Origin: Candidatus Pacearchaeota archaeon
Lineage (GTDB): Archaea > Nanobdellota > Nanobdellia > Pacearchaeales > GW2011-AR1
Direction of reading: 5' to 3'
Length of the DNA stretch: 64,000 bases
Assembly (NCBI GenBank): GCA_964202455.1
Contig: CAXNIJ010000004.1
Span: 36,483-100,482, forward strand
Shown: positions 1-9,186 of the stretch, in pieces
Layout: every line of letters starts with the position of its first letter
Position numbering within the stretch: the first letter of the stretch is position 1
Translations under genes and position numbers: made by a program
Notes under the pieces: generated by a model
Database searches by the model: none
The model's input: the letters and a program-made list of their open reading frames with translations, nothing else
Told to the model about the DNA's origin: nothing

Positions 1-169
1 AAATCTTATTTCTTGATCCTTGAGTGCCATGTTGATTATCTAAAAAGTATCTGAAATAATCAGATCTAAATTTTCCTCCAAATCTTTCTACAACTTTTTG
101 TAAATCGTATTGAAGTATATCTAAACTTAATGAATCATATTCGACTTCTTTTGGAATATTTATTTCCAT
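1..169 (-). CDS. hypothetical protein, N-terminal part only (runs off the left edge)
   Basis: A minus-strand ATG at 169..167 opens a stop-free frame to position 1 (MEINIPKEVEYDSLSLDILQYDLQKVVERFGGKFRSDYFRYFLDNQHGTQGSRNK...). It is shorter than the ORF-track cut-off. A TATA-like TTTTATAAATAT at 189-200 lies 20-30 nt upstream. Confidence 0.3.
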   Translation of the reverse strand, partial: MEINIPKEVEYDSLSLDILQYDLQKVVERFGGKFRSDYFRYFLDNQHGTQGSRNKI

Positions 170-188
170 AATCTTTCTTAATTACATA

Positions 189-200
189 TTTTATAAATAT
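189..200. promoter_or_regulatory. TATA-box-like element
   Basis: TTTTATAAATAT lies in the gap between the divergent partial CDS (start 169, minus) and the small plus-strand ORF. Confidence 0.3.
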
Positions 201-292
201 CTAGGTTGTGAAAGATTAGCAATTCGTATGGGCATCTATCTTTAATTTTGCTCTTCACATCATTTTATAAACCACTATTTGTTCTAGGTGTT

Positions 293-454
293 ATGGCCTC
301 AACTGCACCTGGCGCAAGAAAAAAGAAACTAGACTATAATGTAGATGGCGCAGTGTTTGATGATTTTATGAAAACCTGCAGTAAAAAGGGATATGCTCCG
401 CAAGTAATACTGGAACTTGCAATGAAGAAGTTTATTCAAAACGGGCAAGTTTAA
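293..454 (+). CDS. small hypothetical protein, possibly ribbon-helix-helix-like
   Basis: Internal ATG at 293 of ORF 248..454, preceded by AGGTG. Sequence: MASTAPGARKKKLDYNVDGAVFDDFMKTCSKKGYAPQVILELAMKKFIQNGQV. No family recognised. Confidence 0.35.
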   Translation: MASTAPGARKKKLDYNVDGAVFDDFMKTCSKKGYAPQVILELAMKKFIQNGQV

Positions 455-539
455 ACTCGTTCTATAATTACACAATTTTTACTTTATCCAATCCTTTGAA
501 ATGTGTTATTGGAGATTATTTGATTCAGAAAAATAAGTT

Positions 540-1118
540 CTATTTATCTTTACAAGAGACTTTTCTAAAGCAAGTATTTTCGTGATCGTTTATAAGACCA
601 ACTGCTTGAAGGTGCGCATAAATTATTGTTGAACCTATAAAAGAAAACCCCCTATTCTTCAATTCTTTTGAAATTGAATCTGAAAGAGAACTTTTTGGAG
701 GAATATCTTTTATGGATTTGATGTTATTTATTATTTGTTTATTCTCAGAAAAGTTCCAAAGATATTTATCGAAACTTCCAAACTCTTTTTGTATTTCTAA
801 GAACAGTTTGGCATTTTTTACAGAGGCAGTAATTTTTAATCTATTACGAATTATCTCTTCATTTTTCATTAGTTCTTCTATTTTTCTTTCATTGAATTTT
901 GAAACTGCTAATGGGTCGAAATTTTTAAACGCTTTTCTATACCCTTCCCTTCTTTTAAGGACTGTCAGCCAACTCAACCCTGCTTGAGCAGATTCTAAAA
1001 TTAGAAATTCGAAATGTTGCAAATCATTATGTTTGGGAAAACCCCATTCCTCGTCGTGATATTTCTGCATAATTTCACTCCCTGTGCACCATGCGCATCT
1101 AGAAATTTCTTGACTCAT
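540..1118 (-). CDS. tag: DNA-3-methyladenine glycosylase I
   Basis: Full-length Tag pattern: CAWC...YHDEEWG.P..D...FE.L.LE..QAGLSW..VLKRR..YRKAF..FD, and C-terminal H..C. Confidence 0.9.
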   Translation of the reverse strand: MSQEISRCAWCTGSEIMQKYHDEEWGFPKHNDLQHFEFLILESAQAGLSWLTVLKRREGYRKAFKNFDPLAVSKFNERKIEELMKNEEIIRNRLKITASVKNAKLFLEIQKEFGSFDKYLWNFSENKQIINNIKSIKDIPPKSSLSDSISKELKNRGFSFIGSTIIYAHLQAVGLINDHENTCFRKVSCKDK

Positions 1119-1196
1119 TTTGAATATAAATATTTGAAGGATTTAAATGTATTTAGAGTAGTATAGTATTAATAGTCTTCTTTAATAATAATTACA

Positions 1197-2087
1197 ATGG
1201 AACTTAAAAAAATAACTGATATTCTAGATATGGAATTTGATATTGAAAATGTAAAAGAAGATTGGTCTTTGATGTTTGACAGGTTATTTGTTCAAAAATC
1301 TGTTCCGACATTTAGAACAACACTAAAAAATATTGGCTTAATGATTGCAAATTCTCACGAAGTCAATAAAATTTATACTGCCTTCTCTCCGAGTAGATAT
1401 ATTCTTGAAGAGATACGCTCTCGTGGAATAGTTAATGTTCTCCTTATTGTAAAACATCCCTTTGATTGGGATGGAAGAAGAAATGGAAAAGGATTTTTGC
1501 ATTATACTGAAAGAGATTATCAATTAATGGAATCTACTGGAATTTCCATTTACTCACTGCATACTCCTCTTGATAAAAATAGAAATGATGATGTTGTTTC
1601 TACTGCTTATGCATTTGCTAAAGTAATAAAAATGAAAGTTGAAAGAGAATTTGCTAGTGGGGGAGAAGACAATCCTGAAATTTTAATTGGTCTTATAGGA
1701 AAAATGCCTGATGGAAAAATCGGTGCGCTTGTAAAACGTGTAAACTCTATTTTAGATTATAGAGTCAAAATAATGAAAGTTAATGATGAAGTCGGAAAAT
1801 GTGCAATAGTTACTGGTGGAGGTTTTGTTCCTCGCCTTATAGAAGAAGCAAAAGAACTTGGAGTTAACACATATATTACAGGTATCATCTCTCCAAATGC
1901 ATCAGATTATGATAGGGAAAATTATAAATCGACACTTTCTGCTGTAAACAAAGCGGGTATAAATGTTATTGGATGTTCGCATTATCTTACTGAGAAATGG
2001 ACTATGCTCTATTCTATTCCATATTTCTCACAAATTTGTAAATCTGAGTTTATTGAAGATAAAGAAGCAAAGAATTTGCTAGAATAG
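1197..2087 (+). CDS. NIF3 (DUF34) family dinuclear-metal-centre protein
   Basis: 296 aa with NIF3-like motifs: LLIVKHPFDW, SIYSLHTPLDKN, CSHYLTE. Confidence 0.7.
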   Translation: MELKKITDILDMEFDIENVKEDWSLMFDRLFVQKSVPTFRTTLKNIGLMIANSHEVNKIYTAFSPSRYILEEIRSRGIVNVLLIVKHPFDWDGRRNGKGFLHYTERDYQLMESTGISIYSLHTPLDKNRNDDVVSTAYAFAKVIKMKVEREFASGGEDNPEILIGLIGKMPDGKIGALVKRVNSILDYRVKIMKVNDEVGKCAIVTGGGFVPRLIEEAKELGVNTYITGIISPNASDYDRENYKSTLSAVNKAGINVIGCSHYLTEKWTMLYSIPYFSQICKSEFIEDKEAKNLLE

Positions 2088-2536
2088 AATCTAGGATCAT
2101 AAAAAAGATGCAACGCTTTAACTTAAAATATCGAATACTTTTTGTTTCTCAACTGACTAAAATAATTGGAAAATCATTAACTTTAAAGATTTTAGTCAAA
2201 TTATACTAAATAGAAATTTTAGAAGCGAGATAACAAAAATTACCCATCATTTCATCCATTGTAAGAGACATTTTGTTATGGGCATTAGAAAATTTCTCTT
2301 TTCAGTCTCTAAATAAGTTTTTCTATCAGTTACAACTAACTTACCTATTACCTCTATTGAGGCTAGTATATTCGAAAACTCCGAAACTTTCTCAAATTCT
2401 TTCTTTCTCCAATTAAAATCCAATTAAATGGGCTGCCTTTCTCCTGAAGTCTTTCTATATCCCATATATTTTAACATATTTACACTAGTGTGAATAGTGA
2501 ATAAACATTTAAATGTACCTCGGATTTAAAACATAT

Positions 2537-3538
2537 ATGAAAAGGAAAGTTATAAAACAAGGACATAATACTCTAACTATAACTCTCCCGAATAAATGGG
2601 TAAAAGAACTAGGCATTGTCTCAGGAGATGAACTTGACGTCGTAGAAAATAATGGATCGATAATTGTAAACGGCAAACAACATTCTGAAAATAAATCTAC
2701 GACTATCGACCTTACTGGTCTACGAGTGCCCATGATCTGGAGATTTTTTCAATCTGCATATCGGGAAGGATATAATGAAATTAAATTAGTATTTGATCCT
2801 GATCAGAAAAATCATGAAGGAGTTTATAATTATTATACGACTCACTTTGAATATAGTGGAATTGGTGAACCTAGGCCTGCTGTAAGGCCAACTATAGCAG
2901 CATTATAGGATCTAGTTAATCGTTTTATCGGTATTGCAATTATAGATCATAAATCGAATTATTGCCTTGTAAGAGAAATGGGCGAGCTCACAGGTAAAGA
3001 ATTTGACAATTCTCTAAGAAGAATTTTTCTTCTTTTACTTGAAATATTTGATTATGTAATTGGTTTGATAAAAGAGAACCAAATTGGAGACAGCGATATT
3101 TGCAAGACTCTTCATCTTATGGATACCAATGTAGATAGATTTGTCGATTATTGCTGTAGAATAAATAATAAAATTAATGATTCATCGTTTAATAAGAAAA
3201 AACCAATTATGTTTTCCACATTATTTCTAATTGAACTTTTAGGAGATGAATTTAAATATATTGGAACACATTTAGCAAAATCTAAGAAAAAAGTTGATGA
3301 AGTTCTTCCTTTCGCAGAAAGTGTAAAGGGCCACTTTGAAATGTATTATAATCTATTTTATAAATTTGATAGAGAAAAGGTAAAACAATTCGGAGAGGAT
3401 GATTTTAAAATTTATAATGATCATTTTAAATGGAAAGCTTCTTCAAATAGTGATGCTAAAAGCATTAGACGACATCTAATGCAAATTAGTAAATTTATCT
3501 TTTGTTTAATGGAATTAAGAATTGAGATGGAATTTTAG
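2537..3538 (+). pseudogene. AbrB/SpoVT-domain plus PhoU-like regulator interrupted by one in-frame TAG (2906-2908)
   Basis: ORFs 2513..2908 and 2978..3538 are in the same frame, separated only by an amber codon. The stop-free bridge reads ...TIAAL*DLVNRFIGIAIIDHKSNYCLVREMGEL.... The N-terminus KVIKQGHNTLTITLPNKWVKELGI..GDELDV is a SpoVT/AbrB fold. The joined length of about 333 aa fits archaeal AbrB-PhoU regulators. Confidence 0.6.
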
Positions 3539-3725
3539 AAAATTATTTTAATTTTAATAGATCTTATAAAATTGGTGGAACAAGGTTTGGAGCAGTAAGC
3601 GTTTCGACAACTTTAACACGAGAAAATAGATTATTACCTGAAATGAGAAAAATATAGTTTTTATTTTCTTCTTCTGGAAAATATATTTTATTGAAATATA
3701 CTTTTCAGGAATCATTTGTTTAATT

Positions 3726-3874
3726 GATGTTTGACCAGTTATTTGTTCAAAAATCTTTCCCAGCATTTCTAGAGAGTTTATGTAATACTGGGCTGATTAT
3801 TAATAATTCCAGCGAAGTGAACAAAATATATACTGCATTCTCTCCTAGCGGATACGTTATTGAAGAGATACGCT
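3726..3874 (+). pseudogene. diverged 5' fragment of a nif3 paralogue
   Basis: Aligns with 1271-1420 of the intact nif3 gene at roughly three-quarters identity by eye. It translates to MFDQLFVQKSFPAFLESLCNTGLIINNSSEVNKIYTAFSPSGYVIEEIRL*, against MFDRLFVQKSVPTFRTTLKNIGLMIANSHEVNKIYTAFSPSRYILEEIRS in the intact gene. Confidence 0.7.
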
Positions 3875-3901
3875 TATAAGTCTCATTACATTCAAAATCC
3901 C

Positions 3902-4651
3902 ATGGGATTTTGGGGAGTTGTTGATGATGTTATTGCAAATGCAGATATTCTAGTTGTAGTCGGAGATGCGAGAATGCCTGAACTATCTAGGAACAGCGAA
4001 ATTGAGAGAAAGGTGAAAAAACATAGAAAAGAGCTTGTTATGGCATTTACGAAGAGAGATCTTACTTCTCCTGCTAAGCTTGCAATTGCGCGTAAAGAAT
4101 TCCCTAATGCCTTTTTCGTTTCTGGAACAAAGAATGAGGGAGTTGGAGAATTAAGAAAGCATTTAAAAATATTAGCTAAACGATTGAATATTGAAGAGCC
4201 TCACGTGGGAGTTGTTGGGTATCCTAATGTGGGTAAAAGTGCTTTACTAAATGCTCTTGCTAGGAGAGCTAGAACAATGGTTGCTGACAAGCCGGGAACT
4301 ACGCGTGGAGTGCAATGGGTAAAATCTGGTAACTTACGAATTTTAGATACTCCTGGAGTTATCCCTTATGAAGATGGTTCATCAAAACTTGTTCTTCTTG
4401 GATCAAAACATCCTGATAGAATCACTGATCCAGAAAAAGTCGCATATCAAATTGTAACGATGGCAAAGCAATCTCCAAATGCCCTGCAAGAATGCTATGG
4501 ACTCGAAACAACTACTTTGAAAGATGAACAAACTTTAGTTGAAGAAATAGGACATAAGAGGGGTTTTCTCAAACGTGGTGGAGAAGTAGATGATAAAAAA
4601 ACTTGTATTCAGATTATACGTGATTGGCAGAAAGGGAAATTGAAGATTTAA
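3902..4651 (+). CDS. circularly permuted ribosome-biogenesis GTPase (YlqF/RbgA-like)
   Basis: G4 (TKRD) precedes G1 (GYPNVGKSALLN), G2/G3 (PGTTRG, DTPGV). The ATG at 3902 is preferred over the TTG at 3860, which would read through the nif3 fragment. Confidence 0.8.
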   Translation: MGFWGVVDDVIANADILVVVGDARMPELSRNSEIERKVKKHRKELVMAFTKRDLTSPAKLAIARKEFPNAFFVSGTKNEGVGELRKHLKILAKRLNIEEPHVGVVGYPNVGKSALLNALARRARTMVADKPGTTRGVQWVKSGNLRILDTPGVIPYEDGSSKLVLLGSKHPDRITDPEKVAYQIVTMAKQSPNALQECYGLETTTLKDEQTLVEEIGHKRGFLKRGGEVDDKKTCIQIIRDWQKGKLKI

Positions 4652-4654
4652 TAT

Positions 4655-5080
4655 CTAAGGTTTACGAAAATAACTTCCCTCTATGGAATTAAGAACGTGA
4701 TATTGACCCATATTTGGATGATTTGAGTCTGCTCCAATATGATAAAGTACTGCTTTTTCGGTTTGGTTATATTGTCTATGTTTTCCCGTTTTTGGATCAT
4801 GACGAGAAGCTCTTATATCTTCCTTTACTTTACTAGAGATAGTGCGATCAAATTTTAATCTTAGAGGAAGAATAAAATCTATGTATAGTCCCATTGCTTC
4901 TCTTTTCCAAGGATTTTGAATTTGAGAGATAATTTCAACATAATCTGGGTTTTGTGAAAGTTGCTGTTCTACTTCTTGAGAAGGCTTAGAATTTATTCTA
5001 GAATGGACACGATAACCTGTAGCTGTTGATAATAGTGTTAACCCTGCAATTCCGGCCATAATTTTATTTGTTAGTTTCAT
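4655..5080 (-). CDS. hypothetical membrane-anchored or secreted protein
   Basis: 141-aa ORF with an N-terminal hydrophobic segment (IMAGIAGLTLLSTATG). Confidence 0.5.
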   Translation of the reverse strand: MKLTNKIMAGIAGLTLLSTATGYRVHSRINSKPSQEVEQQLSQNPDYVEIISQIQNPWKREAMGLYIDFILPLRLKFDRTISSKVKEDIRASRHDPKTGKHRQYNQTEKAVLYHIGADSNHPNMGQYHVLNSIEGSYFRKP

Positions 5081-5162
5081 TGTGCGCTTTATTATAACTA
5101 CTAGATAGTTACACTTTATAAAGCTTTTGATTTGGCATAAAACTCTATACTATGAAGAAACA

Positions 5163-5170
5163 ATTATAAA
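5163..5170 (+). promoter_or_regulatory. TATA-box-like element
   Basis: ATTATAAA is centred about 26 nt upstream of the ATG at 5192. Confidence 0.35.
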
Positions 5171-5191
5171 GAAATCTTACGAAGAGAGTGT

Positions 5192-5980
5192 ATGAAAAAA
5201 GTGATTCTTGCTTTTAGTCTAGTTATATTTATTCTCTTGATATTATCTTTTTCAAATAATCAAACTGGCAAGGCAATTTTCAGTGGCTCAAGTGGATCTG
5301 GAAATACAAATGTTGGTGGAGCATGTTCACAGGCTCCATTTGCAAATGATCCAAAAGCTCAACTTTGTGGAAAAGGATGTTGTTTTGGAGGATTTAGTTG
5401 TTATAATGATCAAGTGTGTTGTGATGAAAAAAGTGAAGAAGGTGATGGTATTGCGGGAATAATATACTATTGTAAAAAAAAGTGTGATATAAATAATAAG
5501 ATGAAGCAATGTGGAGAAGTTTGTTGCGATTTAACCAAGGGGGAAGTATGTACTGAACAGGGTCTTTTTGGAAAGACACATGGAGTCTGTTTAAAGGCTG
5601 AACAAGCGAAAAATGGGTGCAATATTGCAGCTGGAGAATCAATGTGTCCGCTAAAAGGCGAGCTAAAAGAATGCTGCACTGCAAATCAAGATTGTAAATC
5701 TAAGAAATTAGGTCTAGCTGTAACTCCAGACTTTTTGAAAAAGACTATTTGGGGTTGTAGTGTTAACAAGAATAAAAATGAAGGGTGTGGAAAAAATACT
5801 TTCTGTCAAGGAAAAGAGGGAGAGTTTAAAGATTATGCAATTTGCTGTAATCCTTCCTTACATGAAATTTGTGCTAATCATCCTAATGGGCAACCATATT
5901 GTTATGTTCAAAAAACATTTCCTGATCAAAAAAAATTAAGCTTGATGAATAGAATTAGATCATTCTTTAGTTGGAGTTAA
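5192..5980 (+). CDS. secreted cysteine-rich protein
   Basis: Signal/TM segment VILAFSLVIFILLILSF followed by about 40 Cys in repeated CC/CxxC contexts. Confidence 0.6.
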   Translation: MKKVILAFSLVIFILLILSFSNNQTGKAIFSGSSGSGNTNVGGACSQAPFANDPKAQLCGKGCCFGGFSCYNDQVCCDEKSEEGDGIAGIIYYCKKKCDINNKMKQCGEVCCDLTKGEVCTEQGLFGKTHGVCLKAEQAKNGCNIAAGESMCPLKGELKECCTANQDCKSKKLGLAVTPDFLKKTIWGCSVNKNKNEGCGKNTFCQGKEGEFKDYAICCNPSLHEICANHPNGQPYCYVQKTFPDQKKLSLMNRIRSFFSWS

Positions 5981-5981
5981 A

Positions 5982-8024
5982 ATGAAAATTTTAAATGCTG
6001 TAAAAAGATACTTTAATTTATGTGAGAAAGTAATTGGAAAAACTTTCAATGAGAGATTCTTTTTATGGAGTAGTTTTATCTTTGTATATGGGTACCTTAT
6101 TTTAGTTTTAGTTCTTCCTATGCTTTTGAATAATGCAATGATGATGTGGGATCATCCTGGACTTTATTTTTCAGTATGGTATCAGAAAGTTTATGTGTTT
6201 CCAGATTTATTTGCCTGGAACCCTTATTTCTATGCTGGATTTACGCAGAATCAATTCTATCCTCCACTTTATGTTTATATCTCTGCTGGACTTTCATATT
6301 TATTCCCCATAACTATTTCCTTGAGAATTATGCTTGCACTAACCCTACTTTTAACACCTCTATCCTTTTATGTTTTTGCACGCGCCCTTAAATTTTCTAA
6401 AGAAAAATCTGGTTTATGTATGCTTATAATGTTTTCATTATTATTTTTATTTCCTACAAATTATTATGGGGGAAATCTACCTTCTACATTTAGGATAGGT
6501 CTTGTAACTCATGCTTTTGGAATGATGTTATTTTTCTTTTACTTTGCATCTTTGATTAAATCTAAAGAAAGTGGAAAATTTGTTTTACCTACGATTATTT
6601 TCAGCGCAATTATTTTAAGTCATATTATTGCTGCAGTCGTATCTGGCCTATTATTACTAACTTTTATTTTTCTTTATTGTAAAGAAAAAGTATTTAGAAA
6701 ATTTTTGTATTTGCATATAAGTTTAACTTTTCTTCTGACTGCTTTCTGGACGATTCCATTTTTAGCAAAAAAATCATTTATGACGGTCATTCACCTCTCA
6801 AATAATGGAAACATTGAACTGTTCTCCATTTTGGCTGTTTTTTATGCTTTGTTTATTATTTTTAGTAAGAAATATTTAGATAATGTAGAAAAATACCCTG
6901 TCGCATTATTTCTTCTAATTATATTATCCTTATCTTTATTAGGGCAGATATTTTATAATGTGCCATTTCATTTTTACAGATTAACTTACTTTTTTCTTCT
7001 AATGTTTCCAATTATAATCTTATCATTGTATAAAAAATCTGCAATATTAAACTTGATTATTATTGGAGTGTCAGTGATAATGATATTTACTTCTGCACCT
7101 ATAAATCCAATAGGGCCAAAAATGATGGAAATTTCACCTGTCCAATATGTACTTGATGGAAGAACATTTATTGTTGCTTCCTATGATGAAGAAACTGCCC
7201 CTCACCTCCTTCAGAACATAATTCCATTAGAAAATAAAATCAATAGCATAAAGGGACTTTATGTTGAATCTACTCGAAATGGAGAATATATTCTTAATTT
7301 TGAAAAAGAACTTGACCCAGATAAATCTCTTTCATGGGGTAGCCTGATTTATGGTCAATATCCTCCGAAGAATAAATCCCTTATTGAAGATATCTTGCCA
7401 TATCAATTTAATTTGTTTGGGATAAATTATGTTATTATTTCTGAAGATAAGGCGCGACTGGAATGGGAAAAACTACAAAATATTTCAAAATACGAAAACT
7501 ATGGAAAAATAAATTACTCTCTTTATAAAGTTGGAGATTACGCTTTAGCTGAAGTTATTAAAAAACCAGTCAGAGTTGTAGACTCTGCAATCTGGAAAGA
7601 AGAAAGTCTTAATTGGTTGTTCTCTAGCGCCATAAAAGAAGAAATTCTAGTTAGTGAAAATGTTCCTCAAATAATTGGCTCTTTTAGTGATGAAGTTGAT
7701 GTTTTGACGCAGAGTGAAAGACAAGATTATGTTAAACTTTATGTTTCATCTGAACAACCAGTCCCAGTTTTAGTTAAAATATCTTACTTCCCTAACTGGA
7801 AAGCTTATCAAGATGGCAAAGAAATTCCAATTTATAGAACTTCTCCAGACCTTATGTTAATTTATGCTACGGGGAATGTTGAACTGAGATATGAACAATT
7901 GCCAGTTGATGTTGTTGGAGAAGGTCTAACTCTAGCTGGAATAATTTTATTTTTAATTTTATACTGGAAATCTCTTTCGAGAAAAGTTGTGAAGAATCAT
8001 AAGAAAAGAAGAAAATATTCTTAA
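5982..8024 (+). CDS. large polytopic membrane protein with an extracytoplasmic C-terminal domain (possibly a GT-C-type glycosyltransferase)
   Basis: 680 aa: more than 10 hydrophobic helices over the first ~400 aa, a soluble domain, then a terminal TM. Starts 2 nt after the Cys-rich gene. The family assignment is a guess. Confidence 0.6.
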   Translation: MKILNAVKRYFNLCEKVIGKTFNERFFLWSSFIFVYGYLILVLVLPMLLNNAMMMWDHPGLYFSVWYQKVYVFPDLFAWNPYFYAGFTQNQFYPPLYVYISAGLSYLFPITISLRIMLALTLLLTPLSFYVFARALKFSKEKSGLCMLIMFSLLFLFPTNYYGGNLPSTFRIGLVTHAFGMMLFFFYFASLIKSKESGKFVLPTIIFSAIILSHIIAAVVSGLLLLTFIFLYCKEKVFRKFLYLHISLTFLLTAFWTIPFLAKKSFMTVIHLSNNGNIELFSILAVFYALFIIFSKKYLDNVEKYPVALFLLIILSLSLLGQIFYNVPFHFYRLTYFFLLMFPIIILSLYKKSAILNLIIIGVSVIMIFTSAPINPIGPKMMEISPVQYVLDGRTFIVASYDEETAPHLLQNIIPLENKINSIKGLYVESTRNGEYILNFEKELDPDKSLSWGSLIYGQYPPKNKSLIEDILPYQFNLFGINYVIISEDKARLEWEKLQNISKYENYGKINYSLYKVGDYALAEVIKKPVRVVDSAIWKEESLNWLFSSAIKEEILVSENVPQIIGSFSDEVDVLTQSERQDYVKLYVSSEQPVPVLVKISYFPNWKAYQDGKEIPIYRTSPDLMLIYATGNVELRYEQLPVDVVGEGLTLAGIILFLILYWKSLSRKVVKNHKKRRKYS

Positions 8025-9085
8025 GGATTGAGTTTCATTTTTTCTACTTCTTCTTTGAATGTTCTTGCTTTTTCCTCTCCAATTATTTCAAAATAAGTTT
8101 TAACATTTGAATAAAGTGCTTCTCCTAAACTATTTTTCTCTTTTATTAATTTTGCAATATCTGCTTCTGCTAATGAAGTTTTTGAAAGTACTCTCCAACC
8201 CTTGATGGGCTCTATAGGGGCTAATTTTTCATAAGCTAGCGCTCCCAATATATGTTCTGAATCTAGTAACTCATCATAAGAAAGTTCATCTAGAAGAACT
8301 TTTGATTTCTTTACATCTACTTTAGTATAATCCTTTATTACCAAAGCCGTTTCTTTTTCTACTCCGATATTTAATTCTTTAAGTCTCGCTTTCAATAGAG
8401 TTCCTTCATTTCCTAGTTCAACTGTAGATTTTTTTAATTCTTCAGAAATTTTTTGAATCATTTTTCCTTTCTGAATAACCTGTACTGCCTCTCCAAGACT
8501 AGGATAATTTTTTAGCTCTAATTTATTGAGTCTTCCAATATGATGATCGAATGAATCTCTCTGCTTTTCTAGAAGCTGAATATATTCATTTGCTTTACGA
8601 AGAATAATGTCTGTTCCTTTCAATGAGTGCCTCATGTTTTTGTAATATGCTGTCACGTCATGTTTTCTTTCAGATATTGCAATAACCAAACATCCTGTTT
8701 GCTTTGCAGTCCTTTCTGCAGCTTTGTGCCTAGTACCTGTTTCAGTTGTTTTTATCTTACTATCTGGAGTAAGAAGAACATTTGCATACTCGATTCTTTT
8801 TATGTCTTTAGAAAGAACTATCGCTCCATCCATTTTGGTCAGTTCCATCAGACGTTGAGGAGTAAATCTACAGTTCACGCGAAAACCTCCGTCAATTAAA
8901 GGGAGAACATGTTCATTTGCTATTGCAATCAAAGCACCTTTTCCTGCTTTTAATGCTCCATCTATGGCCGTTCGAATGTTTGTTCCAGGTGCAATAATTT
9001 TAAGCACTGAGAAGAATTCTTCTTCAGTTACTTTACTTAATTGATGTTGAATAATTGTCCCTTGTACTTCTTTTTTTTCTTCCAT
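8021..9085 (-). CDS. disA: DisA-type diadenylate cyclase (DAC domain, linker, HhH)
   Basis: The stretch ...IIAPGTNIRTAIDGALKAGKGALIAI...DGAIVLSKD...TGTRHKAAERTAKQTGCLVIAISERK... matches the DisA_N/DAC core. The C-terminal part is helical and HhH-like. Confidence 0.85.
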   Translation of the reverse strand: MEEKKEVQGTIIQHQLSKVTEEEFFSVLKIIAPGTNIRTAIDGALKAGKGALIAIANEHVLPLIDGGFRVNCRFTPQRLMELTKMDGAIVLSKDIKRIEYANVLLTPDSKIKTTETGTRHKAAERTAKQTGCLVIAISERKHDVTAYYKNMRHSLKGTDIILRKANEYIQLLEKQRDSFDHHIGRLNKLELKNYPSLGEAVQVIQKGKMIQKISEELKKSTVELGNEGTLLKARLKELNIGVEKETALVIKDYTKVDVKKSKVLLDELSYDELLDSEHILGALAYEKLAPIEPIKGWRVLSKTSLAEADIAKLIKEKNSLGEALYSNVKTYFEIIGEEKARTFKEEVEKMKLNP

Positions 9086-9144
9086 AATTTCATACTCTTT
9101 CTCTAACTATGTGCCTCTAGTATATAAGTTTTTTTGCTGTTTCT

Positions 9145-9164
9145 ATCGACGGGATTCCGTCGAT
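9145..9164. other. perfect 8-bp hairpin ATCGACGG-gatt-CCGTCGAT
   Basis: Read directly. It lies between the stop of the 81-aa gene and the disA start, with T-runs following on the plus strand. Confidence 0.3.
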
Positions 9165-9186
9165 ACTATTTTTTCAAAAACTTTTT

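Noticed and set aside
712-987. 91-aa plus-strand ORF
   Set aside because: It is entirely antisense to the well-supported tag gene and has a low-complexity Phe/Leu/Ser composition typical of shadow frames.
2906-2908. Genome-wide TAG reassignment as the explanation for the in-frame amber
   Set aside because: TAG clearly terminates other well-defined genes here (for example nif3 at 2085-2087), so a global code change is not supported.
3554-3766. 70-aa minus-strand ORF
   Set aside because: It overlaps the nif3 fragment on the opposite strand and has low-complexity Ile/Lys/Phe composition.
5327-5684. Three overlapping minus-strand ORFs (60-96 aa)
   Set aside because: They are antisense to the Cys-rich secreted protein gene. 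They are shadow ORFs without starts in a sensible context.
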